From Promethearchaeota archaeon (GTDB lineage: Archaea; Asgardarchaeota; Lokiarchaeia; Sigyniarchaeales; SOKP01): a stretch of DNA of 17,838 nt. The notes below the pieces were generated by a model, which did no database searches, had not been told where the DNA came from, and was given only the letters and a program-made list of their open reading frames with translations. Both the position numbers and the translations under genes were made by a program. The stretch spans positions 1 through 17,838 of the forward strand of contig JBHLNZ010000064.1 in assembly GCA_048941015.1 (NCBI GenBank), written 5' to 3'. This document shows, one piece after another, positions 15,772 to 17,838 of the stretch (its first letter is position 1; each line of letters begins with the position of its first letter).

Positions 15772-17109
15772 TTATTTTAAGAATTTATGAGTAAAATCAT
15801 CTAAAACGTCTTCAATAGTTGGACTCTTTACAGCTTCAATATCATACCTAACGGTAACAATAGGCTTATTTACTTTAACCAACTTCTCCAAATCAATTGG
15901 GCTTCCGTTAACAATAATATCGCATTTTGCTTTATTTAAGGTTTTTTCCATATCTTCAATTTGTTCATCACTATAACCCATTGCAGGAACAATCTCAGTA
16001 ATATGTGGGAATTCCTCGAATAAATCTTTCATAGTTCCCACAAGATAAGGTTTAGGGTCCACTATTTTTGCTCCTGCATTTTTTGCTGCAACATAACCCG
16101 CTCCGATTGCCATGCCTCCATGGGTCAATGTTGGACCGTCCTCAACCACAATAACCTTCTTTCCCTTCATCTTAAGAGGGTTATCAGCAGTAACTGTAGA
16201 ATTTGTATACACTCTCACTGCATTAGGATTCAATTCGTCTAAATCCCTCTCAACAATCTGTACATCTTCTGGTTTAGCACTATTCATTTTATTGATAACA
16301 AATACATCTGCATATCGAGCATTGACTTCTCCTGGATGATATTCTATTTCATGTCCTGGTCGTAGGGGATCTACAACTACAAATAGTAAATCTGTTATAT
16401 AGAAAGATATTTCATTATTGCCACCATCAAAAACAATTACATCTGCTTCTTTTTCCGCTTCTCTTATGATTTTCTCATAGTCTACTCCAGAATAAATAAC
16501 CAATCCTTGTCTAATATAAGGCTCGTATTCTTCTCTTTCTTCTATTGTACAGTCATATTTATCCAAATCATCGTAGGTTTCAAATCTCATAACATTTTGT
16601 TGAATCAAATCACCATAAGGCATTGGTTCTCTTATAGCTACGACTTTAATACCTTTTCCCTTTAAATATCGATATACTGCTCTCGAAACTTGACTTTTTC
16701 CACAGCCAGTTCTAACTGCACATACTGCTATGACAGGCTTGTTGGACTTTATCTGAGTAAATCGCCCCGAAATGAGACGATAATTTGCTCCCGCAGACAA
16801 TGCTCTGCTGGCTTTATGCATCACTTCTTCATGGGAAACATCACTGTAAGCAAATACAACTTCATCAACTTGGTGTAATTTGATTGCTTGCTCAAGTGCC
16901 TCTTCGGGAATCATAGGGATTCCTTTAGGATATAGTTTTCCAGCTAGTTCTGCAGGGAATCTCCGCTCTTCTTCCTCTACTGTTCCTACATTCTGTTCTC
17001 CTGCGATAGTAAACGCTAAAACCTCATATTCTTCATTATCTTTGAAAACGGTATTGAAAACATGAAAATCCATTCCTAGGGCGCCGATGATAATAACTTT
17101 TTTTTTCAT
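15772..17109 (-). CDS. arcE: Arginine synthetase (ArcE)-family P-loop protein, usually auto-annotated as GTPase or cyclic 2,3-diphosphoglycerate synthetase-like
   Basis: DFH.FN, PAELAGKLYPKGIP, FAYSDVSHEEVMHKAS, P-loop AVRTGCGKS, PMPYGDL, CTIEEREEYEPY, DGGNNE, HPGEVN, VEDGPTLTHGGM, PAMGYS. These match my recollection of the Thermococcus kodakarensis arginine synthetase family. Clustered with OTC and carbamate kinase. Confidence 0.82.
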   Translation of the reverse strand: MKKKVIIIGALGMDFHVFNTVFKDNEEYEVLAFTIAGEQNVGTVEEEERRFPAELAGKLYPKGIPMIPEEALEQAIKLHQVDEVVFAYSDVSHEEVMHKASRALSAGANYRLISGRFTQIKSNKPVIAVCAVRTGCGKSQVSRAVYRYLKGKGIKVVAIREPMPYGDLIQQNVMRFETYDDLDKYDCTIEEREEYEPYIRQGLVIYSGVDYEKIIREAEKEADVIVFDGGNNEISFYITDLLFVVVDPLRPGHEIEYHPGEVNARYADVFVINKMNSAKPEDVQIVERDLDELNPNAVRVYTNSTVTADNPLKMKGKKVIVVEDGPTLTHGGMAIGAGYVAAKNAGAKIVDPKPYLVGTMKDLFEEFPHITEIVPAMGYSDEQIEDMEKTLNKAKCDIIVNGSPIDLEKLVKVNKPIVTVRYDIEAVKSPTIEDVLDDFTHKFLK

Positions 17110-17436
17110 ACAATGTAACCTTCAAATAACGATCTTTAATTGATCAACATAATTAATTTGGGACTAATTATTAAGATTATCAATTCTCTAAAGGGAATGC
17201 TAACCCACCATTAAATTATTTTTCCTTCAACTGATAATCATTAGTAGTTCATCATTTCGTATACTCATAATTATTTGAACTGCTTTTGGTGCTGTACTAA
17301 GTTGTCCAATTACAACAAAAAAGAAATTTAAAGGTTATATTATATTAAAAAAAATGATAAGTATCAGTACATTTTGCCATTTTTAACCACAATTGACTTT
17401 TCATTTTTACATATTTATCATATATTACATATTCAT

Positions 17437-17838
17437 TTAATTTAGTTGATTTATCCATTTTTCTACTTCATCTCGTGCGTTTTTTACGCTTCCACCGCGA
17501 AAGGAAATTGCGTTTTTAATTTCTGCTTTAGGGCAGAGTTGTGCAATATCCTTCAAACTTCTTCCTAGTCCGCTACCCTCATGTGTACAAAAAGGAATTA
17601 TTGTTTTATTTGAAAAATCATAAGATTCTAAGAAAGTACGAATTGCCATAGGCGTAGTTCCCCACCAATTAGGGTAACCTAAAAATATAACGTTATATAC
17701 TTCCATATCCACAATATGATCTGAAAGTTCTGGTCTAGCATTATTTTTTAATTCTTGTTTTGCCACTTTAGTCGTTTCCTCATAACCTTTTGGATATTGT
17801 TTTACTGTATCAATATGAAACAAATCTCCTCTGACAAT
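17437..17838 (-). CDS. Flavodoxin (Flavodoxin_4-like), 5' truncated by the window edge
   Basis: Frame is open to the window end (IVRGDLFHIDTVKQYP...). Motifs ARPEL, IFLGYPNWWGT.P, PFCTHEGSG.G. The ORF track's start at 17823 is an internal Leu codon. Confidence 0.88.
   Translation of the reverse strand: MVRGDLFHIDTVKQYPKGYEETTKVAKQELKNNARPELSDHIVDMEVYNVIFLGYPNWWGTTPMAIRTFLESYDFSNKTIIPFCTHEGSGLGRSLKDIAQLCPKAEIKNAISFRGGSVKNARDEVEKWINQLN

Noticed and set aside
16112-17065. Plus-strand ORFs 16112-16339, 16690-16878 and 16880-17065
   Set aside because: Antisense to the ArcE-family gene.
15772-17109. Annotation as cyclic 2,3-diphosphoglycerate synthetase or generic GTPase
   Set aside because: No 2-phosphoglycerate kinase nearby; motifs and OTC/carbamate kinase context favour the ArcE branch.
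17821-17823. TTG at 17823 as the flavodoxin start
   Set aside because: The frame stays open to the window edge and the N-terminal FMN phosphate-binding loop is missing, so the true start is outside the window.

Overview
AT-rich (roughly 30% GC by eye) archaeal-looking window, most consistent with an Asgard (Lokiarchaeia-like) genome. That assignment is inference from the GGTGA/GGAGG Shine-Dalgarno sites, BRE-TATA promoters, TPR-zinc-finger paralogues and protist-like OTC. Most of the window is an arginine/ornithine/proline catabolic cluster. It encodes an arginine-synthetase (ArcE)-family P-loop protein, a tungsten-type aldehyde:ferredoxin oxidoreductase, a two-gene dye-linked proline-dehydrogenase/sarcosine-oxidase-like complex (the large subunit a 2Fe-2S/FAD-NAD/2x4Fe-4S/BFD fusion), ornithine carbamoyltransferase, an aldehyde dehydrogenase, carbamate kinase and ornithine aminotransferase. 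No arginine deiminase (arcA) or ArcD antiporter is visible in the window. Divergent from rocD is an EamA/DMT-like membrane protein fused to an Lrp/AsnC ligand-binding (RAM) domain, followed by a stand-alone RAM protein. Two tandem TPR-like + C4C4 RING-like paralogues interrupt the cluster. The edges carry a partial rhamnulokinase-like gene and a partial flavodoxin. All calls come from motif recognition only; no database search was run.
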